A model generated the notes under the pieces. It was not told where the DNA came from and did no database searches. It saw only the letters and a program-made list of their open reading frames with translations. A program made the translations under genes and the position numbers. A stretch of 64,000 bases of DNA from an uncultured Gemmatimonadales bacterium (GTDB lineage: Bacteria; Gemmatimonadota; Gemmatimonadetes; Gemmatimonadales; GWC2-71-9): NCBI GenBank assembly GCA_963821525.1, contig CAWGED010000003.1:32001-96000 (forward strand), in the 5' to 3' direction. Below are positions 31,325-42,939 of the stretch, one piece after another; position 1 is the first letter of the stretch, and the number at the start of each line of letters is the position of its first letter.

Positions 31325-32797
31325 TCCACGAGTCCGACGCCGCAACCTCTCATGCCGCCGAGGTGGCGGCCGACGCCTTCCTCCGCCACGCGGGTCGCAG
31401 TCTGCTGCTCGGGATGTATGCCGCGATTCGGAGCCTCAAGCTCTATCCGATCGAAAACGCCACCGCCCAGAAGTCGCTCGACGACTTGCTGCTCGCCTCC
31501 AACGGTCTGCTCGAACCCCAGGGCGAGATCGAAGTCCGGCTTTCCGGCGATTTCATCTTCATCAACGGTACCCGGCTTCGCCTCGAGCTCGACAACTACG
31601 CCTCGTTCAGCCACCTGCTGGCCATCTTCAGAGCGGTGGACCTCGGGGCGCTTAAGGTCAAGCACGGCACCGACCGGCGGGACTGGCAGATCTTCCTCGG
31701 CGTGTTGCTCTCGGTCATTCCCAAGGAGCGGGATCCAGAGAAGATCTTCGAGCTGCGCGAGAAGCTCGGTCGCGCGGGCATCACCCGGATCGACGTCGAA
31801 CCGACCCTCGAGACCGGAGGAGCTTGCTCGCGGAAGAGGAGAAGGCCAAGGAGGCCGCGAAGCGCACCTATTCGCTCGGGGTCGCTGTCACCAAGGACCT
31901 GATCAACAGCGTGCGGATGGGGCGGACTACTTCGGTCGCACGGGTCAAACGCGCCGTGCAATCCATCGTGGACCAGGTATTGAACAACGAAACGTCGCTG
32001 ATCGGCCTGACCACGCTGCGGGACTACGACGAGTACACCTTCACCCACTCGGTCAACGTCTGCATCCTTGCCGTCGCGATCGGCAAGAAGCTCGGCCTCC
32101 AGCGGCTGCAGCTCTACGATCTTGGGATGGGTGCGCTGCTGCACGACGTAGGGAAGGCGCGAATTCCGGTGGACGTGCTCAACAAGACCAGTGGGCTCAA
32201 CGACGATGAATGGCAGCCTGATGCAGACCCATCCCTGGCTCGGGGTGCTGACGCTGTTCAACATGCGAGCCTACGGTGAGATTCCCTACCGGCAGATCGT
32301 GGTCGCGCACGAGCACCACATGAAGACCGATCTGACCGGGTACCCGAAAGCACTGCGGCCCAGGGAGCAGGGGATCTACTCCCGCATCGTGGCGGTGGCG
32401 GACGGGTACGACGCGGCCACGACCCGACGTAGCTATCAGACGATACCGATTCAGCCCGACCAGGTGCTGCGGGAGATGTGGGAGAACCCCCGCCGCGGCT
32501 ACGATCGGATCCTGGTCAAGGCGCTGATCAACCTGATCGGGATCTACCCGGTAGGCACCTGTGTCATTCTCGATACGCTGGAGGTGGCGGTGGTCTCGGC
32601 GCCGAATCCGGACGGCGGGCAGCTCAACCGGCCGCTCGTCAGAATCGTGATCGACCAGGATGGCGCCGGCGTGCCCCCGCCGGGGCGAACCGAGAAGCCT
32701 TGCGGAGCAGGACGCCAGCGGTTCCTTCCTGCGCTCTATCGTGAAGGTCACCAATCCCGATCGGTACGGCATCGTTGTCGGCGACTACTTCGTCTGA
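31321..32797 (+). CDS. HD-GYP-domain phosphodiesterase (three frameshifts)
   Basis: YTFTHSVNV, LLHDVGK, HEHH..DLTGYP, AVADGYDA, GIYPVGT. Confidence 0.88.
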
Positions 32798-33592
32798 GTC
32801 CGCGCTCTCCGCCGCCTGGAGCGACCTGCGCCGCCGGGGACGCACCGCGCTCATCCCCTATCTCACGGCCGGCCATCCTTCCCTCGAGGCGAGCCTGGAC
32901 GCGCTGCGCCGGGCGGACGAGCAGTGTGACATTCTCGAGGTCGGTGTACCATTCAGCGACCCGCTGGCCGACGGCCCGACCATCCAGCGTTCGACCTTCG
33001 AAGCGTTGCAACAGGGGATGACTCTTGCCCGCACGCTCGAACTGGTCGAGAGCGCGCGATTGACCAAGCCGGTCGTGATCTTCAGCTATCTCAATCCGGT
33101 CTGGCGCTACGGGGTCGATCGCTTTCTGAAAGACGCCGCCGATCTCGGGATCGCCGGCCTGCTGCTCACCGATCTTCCGGTCGGGACCGATCCCGCCATC
33201 GAGCGGGCCGTCGCCCAGAGTCCCCTTGGACTTGATTCGGCTCATCGCGCCGACCACGACAGGACCCCGCCTGAGACAGGTAGTCGCCGGTGCCGAGGGG
33301 TTCCTGTATCTGGTGGCGCGGCTCGGAGTCACCGGTGCGACGAGCGAACTCTGGAGCGGACTCGAGAGCTACGTCGACACGAATTCGTGAGGCCACCAAA
33401 CTGCCGCTCGCGGTCGGATTCGGGATCTCGACGCCGGAACAGGCGACCCGAGTCGCCGGACTGGCCGACGGAGTGGTGGTGGGGAGTGAGCTGGTGAGGA
33501 CCTTGGGACAGGAAGGGCCGGCCGCCGCGGGACGGTTGCTGACCGCGCTTCGCGCCGCGCTCGACGCCAAAGACCAGGCCAGGTCGTCATGA
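32775..33592 (+). CDS. trpA: Tryptophan synthase alpha chain (frameshifts)
   Basis: [39 protein letters not shown]. Confidence 0.95.
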
Positions 33593-35671
33593 CATACAAC
33601 GCCCGCGGGGCGCTCAGCATCTACACCAAAGTTCTGGCCTGGGGCGGCTCGGCGCTGCTGATCGCCTTGTTGTGGAGCGACCGGCGCTGGATGGAGCAGC
33701 CCTGGATCACGCTCTTCATGCTGGGCGCGATCATCGCGCTGCGCCGCGGGCAAATCCCGCTCTCCAAGTTCTCCTACCTGACCCAGGTCGGCGTCGTGGT
33801 GCTGGTCGGCGCGGTCACGGTCGGCCCGGGGCCGGTGGCCTTTGCGCTGGGCATCGGCATTTTCACCTGCGACGCCTTCCTGCTCCGCAAGATGCTGATG
33901 GCCTCGTGGATCAATGCCGGCCGCGAAGTCATCGGTTTCGTCGCCGCGTATGGGGCCTACGCCTTCGTCTTCCATTTCACATCTCCGAGCGGTGTCAGCC
34001 TCGAGTACCTCCCGTCGGCCGTGACACTCGCGGGGATGTACTTCTTCTTCACCCGGGCACTCTTCTACTTCACTCTGCTGGTTCGCGGCAAGCTCGAGGC
34101 CCACGAGGGCCTCATGATCCTGCGGTACGAGATCCTCGCGTACCTGCTGACCCTGATCGCGGCGGTGGTATCGGGTGGCGCCATCATGGCGCTGCCGCCC
34201 GAAGGGTGGATCACCGTCCTCGCCGTACTGGGCGTCCTCGGGCTCCTCACCAAGCGCATCCTGGAAGAGGCGATCGCCGCCGAGGAGCTCAACAAGATCG
34301 CGCTGCGCGAGCGGATCATCACCAGCAACCTCACCTTGGGTGACGCCTTCACCCAACTCGAGAAGCTCGCGAACCGGGTGCTCGACTGGGGCGACTTCCG
34401 GATCTACCGGCTCCGTGAGGAGCAGCCGGTCCTGGTCTATCGCGGGGCGCTGGGCTGGGAGGGAAGGGGAGATCCTCCCTTCGACAGCGCCGCGCTGCGG
34501 GCGATTGCGATTCGGACCGGCGAACCGGTCGTGGTGGTGGACTCACGACGGGACGAGCGGATCATGGCGCCCAGTGCTGCCGCGCTGAGCATGATGGTGC
34601 TGCCGCTCCGCTTCGGGAACGAGACCATCGGCACCTTCGAGGTGGATCACCACAAGACGCGCACCTACGGCAAGAAGGAAATCGCGGCCGCTTCCACCTT
34701 CGCCGCTCAGCTGGCCACCGCCATCCACATCGCCGACCTGCGCCGGCCGCTGGTGGAAACGGTCGACGGGACTGGGCGAGCAGATTCGTGCGCTGGCCGC
34801 GACGGCCGAAGCGCTCCGCGGTGCTGCCGCCGCAACCGCGGCCGCGGCACAGCAGATTCGAGGTGGCGTGGCGGAGCAGGAACAGCTGGTAGCCCGCGGC
34901 CTCGAGGCGACCGAGAGCCTGTCGAGCCAGGCGCGCGAGGTGGCCGATCACGGCGGCGCCGCGGTCGTCGTCTCCGACCTTGCCGCGAACGTGGCGACGC
35001 GCAATCGGGAATCGATTCAGGACGCGATCCAGCGGCTGGTTCAACTGCACAGCTTCGTGTCCGTCACCGCGGGACAGGTTGGCGAGCTGTACCAGGTGAC
35101 GAACCGGCTGATCGGCTTCATCGCGACGATCAGGGAGATCGCCGACCTTACCAACCTCATCGCCCTCAACGCCGCGATCGAGGCGGCCCGCGCCGGGCAA
35201 CAGGGGAAGGGATTCGCCGTCGTCGCCGAAGAGGTGCGGCAGCTCGCGGCCCAGAGCGGTGAAGCGTCACGTGAAGCCGGCGGACTGGTCGCGGCGATCC
35301 TGGGCCAGGTCGCCCAGATTTCCGAAGAGATGGATCGCGGGCAGGCGACGGTTCGCGGCGTGGAGCACCTGTCGGCCAACGCGGCGAAGGCGCTGGAGGA
35401 TATCGTCGGCGCCACCCATGATGCCGGAGCCCATGCGCGCCGCATCGCGGATACCGCGGGCCGGCAGGAACAGGGCGTGAGCCGGCTGCGGGACCAGATG
35501 GCCGGAGTCGTTTCGGTTTCGGCCCGCACGCTCGAGCAGGCCAACAGCGCCGCTCGCCGTGCCTCGGAGACTTCGCGCAGTCACGCCGACCTCGAGCGGG
35601 CCATTCGCGAACTGTCGAACGTCACCGAGCATCTCGAGGCCATCGCCCGGCATTTCTCGCACGACCTATGA
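33589..35671 (+). CDS. Multi-TM + GAF + methyl-accepting signalling-domain protein (frameshift near 34770)
   Basis: About 7 TM helices, a GAF-like segment, [35 protein letters not shown]. Confidence 0.9.
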
Positions 35672-36106
35672 ACCTGCGCGAACGGGTGTATGTCGCCCTC
35701 GGCAGCAACATGGGCGACCGTGACGCCTACCTGGCCAAGGCCCGAGAGGCCCTGGCGAAGCTCCCTCTCACCACCGTTCTGGCCGAGTCCAAGGTCGAGG
35801 AGACCGAGCCGGTTGGCCCGGTCCCCCAGGGGAAATTCCTGAACCAGATGATATTGGTGGAGACCGGACTGGATCCCGGCCGCTTTCTCAAGCTGTTGCA
35901 CAAGATCGAGGACGAGAACGGGCGAAGCCGCGAGGCAACGCTGGGGGCCCCGAACTCTGGATCTCGATATCGTGCGCTACGGCACCCGGCGCCTGCGGGA
36001 TCCGGATCTGCGCATTCCTCACCCGGAGCTGCCGAATCGCGACTGGTGGCAGCGGGAGATGGAGGAGGTGGACGCGTTGGCGCCAAAGAAAGTAGAGAAA
36101 GAGTGA
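35668..36106 (+). CDS. folK: HPPK (frameshift near 35935)
   Basis: [27 protein letters not shown]. Confidence 0.93.
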
Positions 36107-36233
36107 TGGTCGATGGGTCCTGAGTCGTGGGTCTTGGGTCGTGGGTCCGGCGGCTTAGGTTTTCGTAAACTCGAGAGTGTGAATCAGGATTGCAGACCTT
36201 CGACTCAAGACTCAAGACTGAAGACTCACGACC
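36107..36233. repeat. Inverted heptamer pair (tgggtcg/tgagtcg ... gactcaa/gactcac)
   Basis: Fills the folK-panB gap from stop to start. Confidence 0.9.
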
Positions 36234-37047
36234 ATGCCCGACGACCAAGCCCGCGCCCTGACCATCCGCGACCTGCTCGACGCCAAGCGCGAAGGGCGGA
36301 AGATCGTCGTCCTCACCTGCTACGACGCGCTCACCGCGCGGGTACTCGATCCGATCGTGGACCTGCTCCTGGTCGGAGACTCGGTCAACCAGGTCGTCGC
36401 CGGTCACGGGACCACGCTAAGCGCGACGCTGGACCAGATGATCTATCACGCCGCCGCGGTGCGCCGGGGTGCGCAACCGCGCACTGGTGTTCGTGGATCT
36501 GCCGTTCCTGACCTATCAGATCTCGATCGCCGAGGCGCTGCGCAATGCGGGCAGAGTCCTGCAGGAGAGCGGGGCGCACGGCGTCAAGCTGGAAGGCGGC
36601 CGTCACATGGCCGAGACGATCCGCGCCCTGGTACAGGTCGGCATCCCCGTGATGGGACACCTCGGCCTCACGCCGCAGTCGGTCAACGCGCTCGGCGGGT
36701 ACCGGGTTCAGGGCAGGGAGGCCGATACCGGCACCCGGCTCCTGGAAGATGCCAAGGCGCTGGAAGAGGCGGGTGCCTGTTCGATGGTTCTCGAGCTGAT
36801 TCCGGCCGAGCTAGCGGGCCGGATCAGTGCGGCGGTGCGGGTACCGACAATCGGCATCGGGGCCGGCGCTTCCTGCGACGGGCAGGTGCTGGTGCTGCAG
36901 GACATGCTCGGCCTCAATCAGGACTTCACTCCCAAATTTCTCAAGAAGTACGCCGATCTCACCTCCGCCATCCGCCAGGCGGCTGTGGCATACGCCGATG
37001 ACGTGCGGGCCGGACGGTATCCTGGGAAGGAGCACAGTTTTGAGTAG
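36234..37047 (+). CDS. panB: Ketopantoate hydroxymethyltransferase (frameshift near 36475)
   Basis: LTCYD, LLVGDS, VKLEGG, GHLGLTPQS, IGIGAG..CDGQVLV. Confidence 0.95.
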
Positions 37048-37240
37048 CCGTTAGCCGTAAGCCGTCAGCCATAGGCTCCGTGCAAGCAGACGCAAAGACA
37101 AGGACCCAAGATCAGGAAGACATCAGGGATAGAAGATGAATTCAAATTGTGCTGCGACCCCTCTGTGCTCTCTGTGCCTCTGCGTTTAAGACTCACTCGG
37201 CCTCGGCCAAGAGCCAAGCTGACGGCTGACGGCTGATGGC
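37045..37240. repeat. Inverted heptamer pair (agccgtc ... gacggct) enclosing a degenerate ctctgtg-type 9-mer array
   Basis: tagccgttagccgtaagccgtcagcc ... cctctgtgctctctgtgcctctgcg ... gctgacggctgacggctgatgg. Confidence 0.88.
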
Positions 37241-38093
37241 TCTCCCCGAATTCCCCGACATTCCCAGTCTCCGCTCCTGGATCGCCCGCGAGCGCGGAGC
37301 AGGGAAGCGCATCGGGCTCGTGCCGACCATGGGCGCGTTGCACGAAGGCCACCTCTCGCTGGTGGATCATGCCCGTCGCCATGCACAGAGCGTGGTGATG
37401 AGCATCTTCGTCAACCCGCTGCAGTTCGGTCCGAAGGAAGACTTCGGCCGATACCCGCGCGATCTCCATCGCGACCGCGCGCAGGCCGAGGGACGCGGAG
37501 TGCACGCGCTGTTCGTGCCGACGGTGGAGGCGATGTACCCGCCCGGCGCGGAGACCCGGGTCGTGCCCGGCAGCTCGGCCGAGCGCTGGGAAGGAGAGAT
37601 GCGGCCGGGACATTTCGCCGGGGTGCTCACGGTTGTGGCGAAGCTGTTCCACATCGTTCAGCCGGACGTCGCCGTGTTCGGGCAGAAGGACATCCAGCAG
37701 GCGGTCCTGATTCGGCAGATGGCGCGTGACCTGGACTGGCCGCTCGAGCTGATTATCGCCCCGACGGTTCGCGAGGCGGACGGCCTGGCGCTCAGCAGCC
37801 GCAACGCCTACCTGGATCCGGCTCAACGCCGCGAGGCGCTGGCGCTGAGTCAGGCCCTCCGGGCCGCGGAACGTGCCTGGCACGCCGGAGAAGATGATGC
37901 GGCGCGGCTCGAGGCGGCGATGCGAGAGGTGTTCCGGCTGCATCCGTCGGTCAGCGTGGACTATATTGCGATCGTTGATGAACGTCTCGCGCCGACGGCA
38001 CGCGCTTCGGCCGGCACCGTCGTCGCTGTGGCGGCCCGCGTCGGCACTACGCGGCTGCTCGATAACCTCATACTCGGCGTGGAGTTTCCTTGA
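37236..38093 (+). CDS. panC: Pantoate-beta-alanine ligase
   Basis: VPTMGALHEGH, FVNPLQF, FGQKD, GLALSSRN, RLLDN. Confidence 0.97.
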   Translation: MALPEFPDIPSLRSWIARERGAGKRIGLVPTMGALHEGHLSLVDHARRHAQSVVMSIFVNPLQFGPKEDFGRYPRDLHRDRAQAEGRGVHALFVPTVEAMYPPGAETRVVPGSSAERWEGEMRPGHFAGVLTVVAKLFHIVQPDVAVFGQKDIQQAVLIRQMARDLDWPLELIIAPTVREADGLALSSRNAYLDPAQRREALALSQALRAAERAWHAGEDDAARLEAAMREVFRLHPSVSVDYIAIVDERLAPTARASAGTVVAVAARVGTTRLLDNLILGVEFP

Positions 38094-38680
38094 CCGACGA
38101 GGCCAGCCCGGTTCGCCAGACGCCGGCAGGACTGCGGCCTACCACTCCGTCCTGGGCCACCGCCTCACCCGGGCGCGTGGCGCACATCGAGCGGGTCGCT
38201 CGACTGGTGCTCGACTGGGCGGAGGAGATGGGCGTTCCCGATTCGGAGCGGAATCGCTGGCTCCGCGCGGTGTGGCTGCATGACGCGCTGCGCGATGCGC
38301 CGCCCGAGGAGTTGGAGAAGTGGGCTCCAACCTCACCCGGTCCACCTGCGATACGGCATGGCCCCGCCAGCGCGGCGCGGGCCAAGGCCGACGGCGAAAC
38401 CGATCGCGGCGTGCTCGACGCGGTGCGCTACCACAGCATGGGGCTGGCGGAGTGGGACATGGTAGGCCGGGTCCTCTATTGCGCCGATTTCCTCGAGCCG
38501 GGCCGGAACTTCGATCAGAGCGGACGGGCCGACCTGGCGGCCCGTTTCCCCCGCGATCCAACCGGAGTGTTGCGCGAGGTGGCCCGGGCCCGGGTCTCTC
38601 GCCTGGTACAGTCGGGCTGGCCTCTCCCTGATCCGACGGTGCGCTTTTGGAACAGTCTCTTCTCACGCGCCGGCTCCTGA
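38090..38680 (+). CDS. HD-domain hydrolase, YqeK-like
   Basis: R..H..RV, WLHD, HG, AVRYH, YCADFLEPGR. Confidence 0.82.
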   Translation: MTDEASPVRQTPAGLRPTTPSWATASPGRVAHIERVARLVLDWAEEMGVPDSERNRWLRAVWLHDALRDAPPEELEKWAPTSPGPPAIRHGPASAARAKADGETDRGVLDAVRYHSMGLAEWDMVGRVLYCADFLEPGRNFDQSGRADLAARFPRDPTGVLREVARARVSRLVQSGWPLPDPTVRFWNSLFSRAGS

Positions 38681-39069
38681 TCGTCGCCGGAGTGCTCGGC
38701 GTCATCACTCTCGCGGCCCTCGTTCGTCCCCACCAGGACCGGGTGGCCGGCCACGCCTTTGCGATTCCATCGGCCGATGATCGCATCCTGGTCGAAGTGC
38801 TGAATGGCACAGAGCAGCAGGGCCTCGCCCGGCTGGGGACCCGGAAGCTGCGCCGCCAGGGACTGGACGTGGTCTTCTTCGGGAACTCCGGCCAGACGAC
38901 CGACTCGACCCTGGTTGTCGCCCGGCGCGGAGCACGGAACGCGGCCGAGCGGGTGCGCGAAGCCCTCGGCGTCGGCACGGTGGAGGTGGAGGCCGATACG
39001 CTGCGGCGGGTGGACGTGACGGTGATTCTGGGGGGGGATTTTCGACCGGAAGAGGATGGGAGGCCGTAG
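38647..39069 (+). CDS. LytR C-terminal-domain protein
   Basis: TM helix + VEVLNGT...GLA...GN...DVTVILGGDF. Confidence 0.88.
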   Translation: MEQSLLTRRLLIVAGVLGVITLAALVRPHQDRVAGHAFAIPSADDRILVEVLNGTEQQGLARLGTRKLRRQGLDVVFFGNSGQTTDSTLVVARRGARNAAERVREALGVGTVEVEADTLRRVDVTVILGGDFRPEEDGRP

Positions 39070-39071
39070 GG

Positions 39072-39174
39072 GATTGCCGATTGCTGATTGCCGATTGCTG
39101 ATTGGAGCGGCTCAACCCAAATCTCAATCTTCAATCTTATTCTCAATCTCAATCGGCAATCGTCAATCGGCAAT
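39072..39174. repeat. Inverted heptamer pair (gattgcc/gattgct ... ggcaatc)
   Basis: Between convergent stop codons. Confidence 0.9.
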
Positions 39175-40547
39175 TCTCACCAGTCCAATCACAACGTCCA
39201 TCACATTCGTCCCCGTCATCCCCGTCTTGAACAAGGCACCCGCTGAGGCCAAGGCGTCGTAGGCGTTGTGGGTCGCGAGATCCTTGGCAGGGTCTCGGCC
39301 CGCGGCTCGAATCGCCTCCCACGAATCCCCATCGACAATCGCCCCGGCCGCGTCGGTCGGGCCATCTCGACCATCAGTTCCAGCAACAAGCAACGTCACC
39401 TCTCTCCGTCCGCCCTGTCTCCGCCTGTCCCGTCCGCCGGTCCGCCGGTCCCAGCTCTCTCGCTGCAGCCAATGCCACCTCCTGCGCCCTGCCCCCACGA
39501 CCCGGAGTAGGGCCCGAGGGTCACCGTGGTCTCCCCGCCCCAAACGCAGACTGCATCTTTATTCAGGGCCCTGTCTTGCGCTCCCGGCGGGTTTTCGCCA
39601 TCATGAAGAAGTAGGTAAGCCGCGACCCGGGCCCCCGCGCTGGCTGCTTCCCCAGCCAACGCGGCATCAACCAGATGGGCCGTGAGTCCGAGGGTTCGTG
39701 CCTTAGCGCAGGCCGCCTCCAGCGCCAGCCGGTTGCTGGCAACGAGAACGGCCTGCGTCGTCTTGAAGGCGGGATGTTCAGGCTTGGGGGTCTCCGGAGT
39801 CTCTCCCCGCTCCACCGCCTGGAGAATTCGGCGGCATGGTTCGGGGACTCTCTCCCACAGGCCGGCGGAGGTCAGCAGCGCTCGCACTTCCGCGGCGGTG
39901 GACGAATCGGGCACGCATGGACCGGATCCAATAGCAGCCAGATCGTCCCCGATGACGTCCGAGATTGTGAAATTTTTCACGCGCGCCGGAGCGAGCGCGG
40001 CTGCGAGACGGCCTCCGCCCCAGAGGGAGAAACGCTTGCGGACCCGATTCATCGCAGTTATGTCGAGCCCGGAGCCAAGAAGCAGGCGGTAGAGCTCGGT
40101 CAGGTTCTGCGGAGTGAGTGGAGGAACCGGCGCAGCGAGCAGGCTGGTGGCGCCGCCGGAAAGAAGGACCCAGACTTCGTCGTCGGGTTGCACCCGAGCC
40201 ACCGCTGCCTGGAGCAGTTCGGCCGCTCGGAATGAGCCGGGACCCGGCTCGGGATGATCGCCTACGGCGACACCGAGTCGAGGATCAGGTGAAGGTGTTG
40301 GTTCCGGAGTGACGAGCAGGCCTCCGGCGAGATCCTGGTCGCGCTCCCTGAGCGCGGCGACGGCAGCAACGGCCATCGGGTAGGCCGCCTTGCCGAGTGC
40401 CAGAAGGTGTACCCGACGCTTGGGCTCCGACGGATGGGAGGCCAGCGCCGCACTCAGGGCGGGACCCGGTGCAGCCGCGGTGACGGCTGCCCAGTAGAGG
40501 TCCGCCAGCAGCGCCGTGCGTTGTTCGCGCGTTGCGAGTACGGCCAT
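39163..40547 (-). CDS. gck: Glycerate 2-kinase, DUF4147/MOFRL type (frameshifts; repeat insertion at 39405-39452)
   Basis: ALGKAA, GDHPEP, LLSGGATSL, ISDVIGDD...IGSGP, GGETTV, GTDGRDGPTDAAGA, TGTNVMD. Confidence 0.9.
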
Positions 40548-40658
40548 GGTGCTCCGGACGTCGAGGGTGTTGGCGGCCGAAGTATGGCCGCGGACAGTAA
40601 TTCGCGCGAGAGCCCGGAGCTCTCGCTCTCGTCTTGTCTCCAGCGCTGAGGAAGCGTC

Positions 40659-41912
40659 ATGCCTGGTCGCAACCATCTTTTCGTCCCCGGTCCTACCAAT
40701 ACGCCCGATCGGATCCTGCGCGCGATGCACGTCGCGATGGAGGATCACCGCTCCTCGATCTTCCCCGAGCTGCCGCTCGGGCTCTTCGCCGAGCTGCGCA
40801 AGATCTTCAAGACCAAAGACGGGCAGCCGTTCATCTTCCCCGCCAGCGGAACCGGCGGCTGGGAAGCAGCCCTGAGCAATACTCTCTCGCCCGGCGACAA
40901 GGTTCTGTCGTTCCGCTACGGCCAGTTCAGCCACCTCTGGATCGACATGATGCAGCGGTTGGGACTCGACGTGCAGGCGATCGACGTCGAATGGGGCGAG
41001 GGCGCTCCGCCGGAGCAGATTCAGCAGATCCTGAGCGCCGACAAGGCGCACGCCATCCAGGCCGTCGCCGTGGTCCACAACGAGACCGCGACCGGCGTCA
41101 CCAGCGACATCGCCGCGGTGCGGAAGGCGATCGACGCGGCGGGACATCCCGCGCTCCTCTTCGTGGACGGCGTCAGCTCAATCGCCTCGCTCGACTTCCG
41201 GATGGACGAGTGGGGAGTGGACATGGCGGTCTGCGGATCCCAGAAGGGACTGATGCTTCCCGCCGGTCTCGGAATCATCTGTGCCAGTCAGAAGGCGCTT
41301 GCCCGGAGGGAGCAGGCGAAGCTGCCCCGGGTGTTCTTCGATCTGGGCGACATGATCAAGGCGAACGCCACCGGGTATTTCCCCTATACGCCGTCGTTGC
41401 CGCTGCTCTATGGCCTGCGGGAATCACTCGCGATCCTGGCGGAAGAAGGCCTGGAGAATGTCTTCGCCCGGCATCACCGCCTGGCCGAAGGGACTCGCGC
41501 GGCGGTCAAGGCCTGGGGACTCTCGCTCTGCGCCAAGGCGCCCAAGTGGCACTCGGACACCGTCTCGGCGATCCTGGTCCCGGCCGGCTTCAACGGCGCC
41601 GACGTGATCGATGTGGCGTATCGCCGGTACAACCTGGCCCTTGGTGCTGGTCTCAACAAAGTGGCCGGAAAGCTCTTCCGCATCGGCCATCTGGGAGATC
41701 TCAACGAACTGATGCTGATCAGCGGCATCGCCGGAGCGGAGATGGCGATGCGTGATGTGGGCATCAAGGTGACCCCTGGAAGCGGTCCCGCTGCCGCCGA
41801 GGAGTACTGGCGCAGCACGGCCGCGCCCCTTGCCACCAAGCAGGCGGCCGCCAGTCCCGACGCGGCCAAACCGGCTGAGACTCGAGCGACTCGCGCCCGC
41901 GTAGGCGCATGA
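40659..41912 (+). CDS. sgaA: Serine-glyoxylate aminotransferase
   Basis: GRNHLFVPGPTN, HNETATGV, DGVSS, GSQKGLMLPAG, FPYTP, FRIGHLGDLNEL. Confidence 0.93.
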   Translation: MPGRNHLFVPGPTNTPDRILRAMHVAMEDHRSSIFPELPLGLFAELRKIFKTKDGQPFIFPASGTGGWEAALSNTLSPGDKVLSFRYGQFSHLWIDMMQRLGLDVQAIDVEWGEGAPPEQIQQILSADKAHAIQAVAVVHNETATGVTSDIAAVRKAIDAAGHPALLFVDGVSSIASLDFRMDEWGVDMAVCGSQKGLMLPAGLGIICASQKALARREQAKLPRVFFDLGDMIKANATGYFPYTPSLPLLYGLRESLAILAEEGLENVFARHHRLAEGTRAAVKAWGLSLCAKAPKWHSDTVSAILVPAGFNGADVIDVAYRRYNLALGAGLNKVAGKLFRIGHLGDLNELMLISGIAGAEMAMRDVGIKVTPGSGPAAAEEYWRSTAAPLATKQAAASPDAAKPAETRATRARVGA

Positions 41913-42910
41913 GCCACACGCGTTACGAGCCGGCCCGGGCCCGCCTGCAGCGCAGTGAGCTGGCGGTGCCCGGGTCCAATCCGGCCATGTTCCCCAAGGC
42001 GCTCGAGAGCGAGGCGGACTACATCTTCCTCGATCTCGAAGACGCCGTGGCGCCCGCCGACAAGGTTGCCGCGCGACTCCACGTCATCAAAGGCCTGCAG
42101 GAGTACGATTGGCGCGAACGCGGGAAGACCATCTGCGTTCGCATCAACGGCATCGATACCCACTACATGTACCGCGACGTGGTGGACGTCGTGGAACAGG
42201 CGGGCCAGCGGCTCGACACCATCCTGATCCCGAAGGTGGGCGTCCCGGCCGACGTGTACCTGGTTGACGCGCTGCTCACCCAGATCGAAACGGCGAAGGG
42301 CATCGGTCACCGCATCGGCATCGATGTCCTGATCGAAACCTCGCTCGGCATGGCGAATGTCGAGGCCATCGCGCAGAGCTCGAAACGGCTCGAGGCGATG
42401 CACTTCGGTGTCGCCGACTACGCGGCAAGCATGCGGGCCCGCACCGTCTCGATCGGCGGGCTCAATCCCGATTATCCCGGCGATCAATGGCACGCCTCGC
42501 TCACCAGGATGATCGTGGCCTGCCGCGCCTACGGGCTGCGGCCGATCGATGGTCCCTTCGGCGACTTCAAGGACGCCGAGGGCTACCTCGCGGCCGCCCG
42601 TCGTGGCGCCGCCTTGGGCATCGAAGGCAAGTGGGCGATTCACCCCTCCCAGATCGCGCTGGCCAACCAGGTCTTCACCCCGCCTCCCGCAGAAGTCGAA
42701 CGGGCCCAGCGCATCCTCGACGCGCTGGATGAGGCGGCTCGAAACGGCAAAGGCGCCGCCCAGCTCGACGGCAAGATGATCGATGCGGCGAGTGCCAGGA
42801 TGGCGTCGGTGATTGTCGACATGGCCAAGGCGATCAGACAGAACAGAGCCATCAGCCGTCAGCCGTCAGCCGAAGAGCATAGGCTGCACGCGCTGACGGC
42901 TGATGGCTGA
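41909..42910 (+). CDS. mcl: L-malyl-CoA / beta-methylmalyl-CoA lyase
   Basis: MSHT...[55 protein letters not shown]. Confidence 0.92.
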   Translation: MSHTRYEPARARLQRSELAVPGSNPAMFPKALESEADYIFLDLEDAVAPADKVAARLHVIKGLQEYDWRERGKTICVRINGIDTHYMYRDVVDVVEQAGQRLDTILIPKVGVPADVYLVDALLTQIETAKGIGHRIGIDVLIETSLGMANVEAIAQSSKRLEAMHFGVADYAASMRARTVSIGGLNPDYPGDQWHASLTRMIVACRAYGLRPIDGPFGDFKDAEGYLAAARRGAALGIEGKWAIHPSQIALANQVFTPPPAEVERAQRILDALDEAARNGKGAAQLDGKMIDAASARMASVIVDMAKAIRQNRAISRQPSAEEHRLHALTADG

Positions 42911-42916
42911 AGGCTG
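42847..42916. repeat. Inverted heptamer pair (cagccgt ... acggctg) overlapping the mcl 3' end
   Basis: gccatcagccgtcagccgtcagcc ... gctgacggctgatggctgaaggctg. Confidence 0.9.
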
Positions 42917-42939
42917 CACGGCATCACAAGGAGTCGATC

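Noticed and set aside
39396..41147. 583-aa ORF and other long antisense ORFs (e.g. 12892-14748, 22806-24317, 58514-60223)
   Set aside because: These are shadow frames of well-supported genes on the opposite strand
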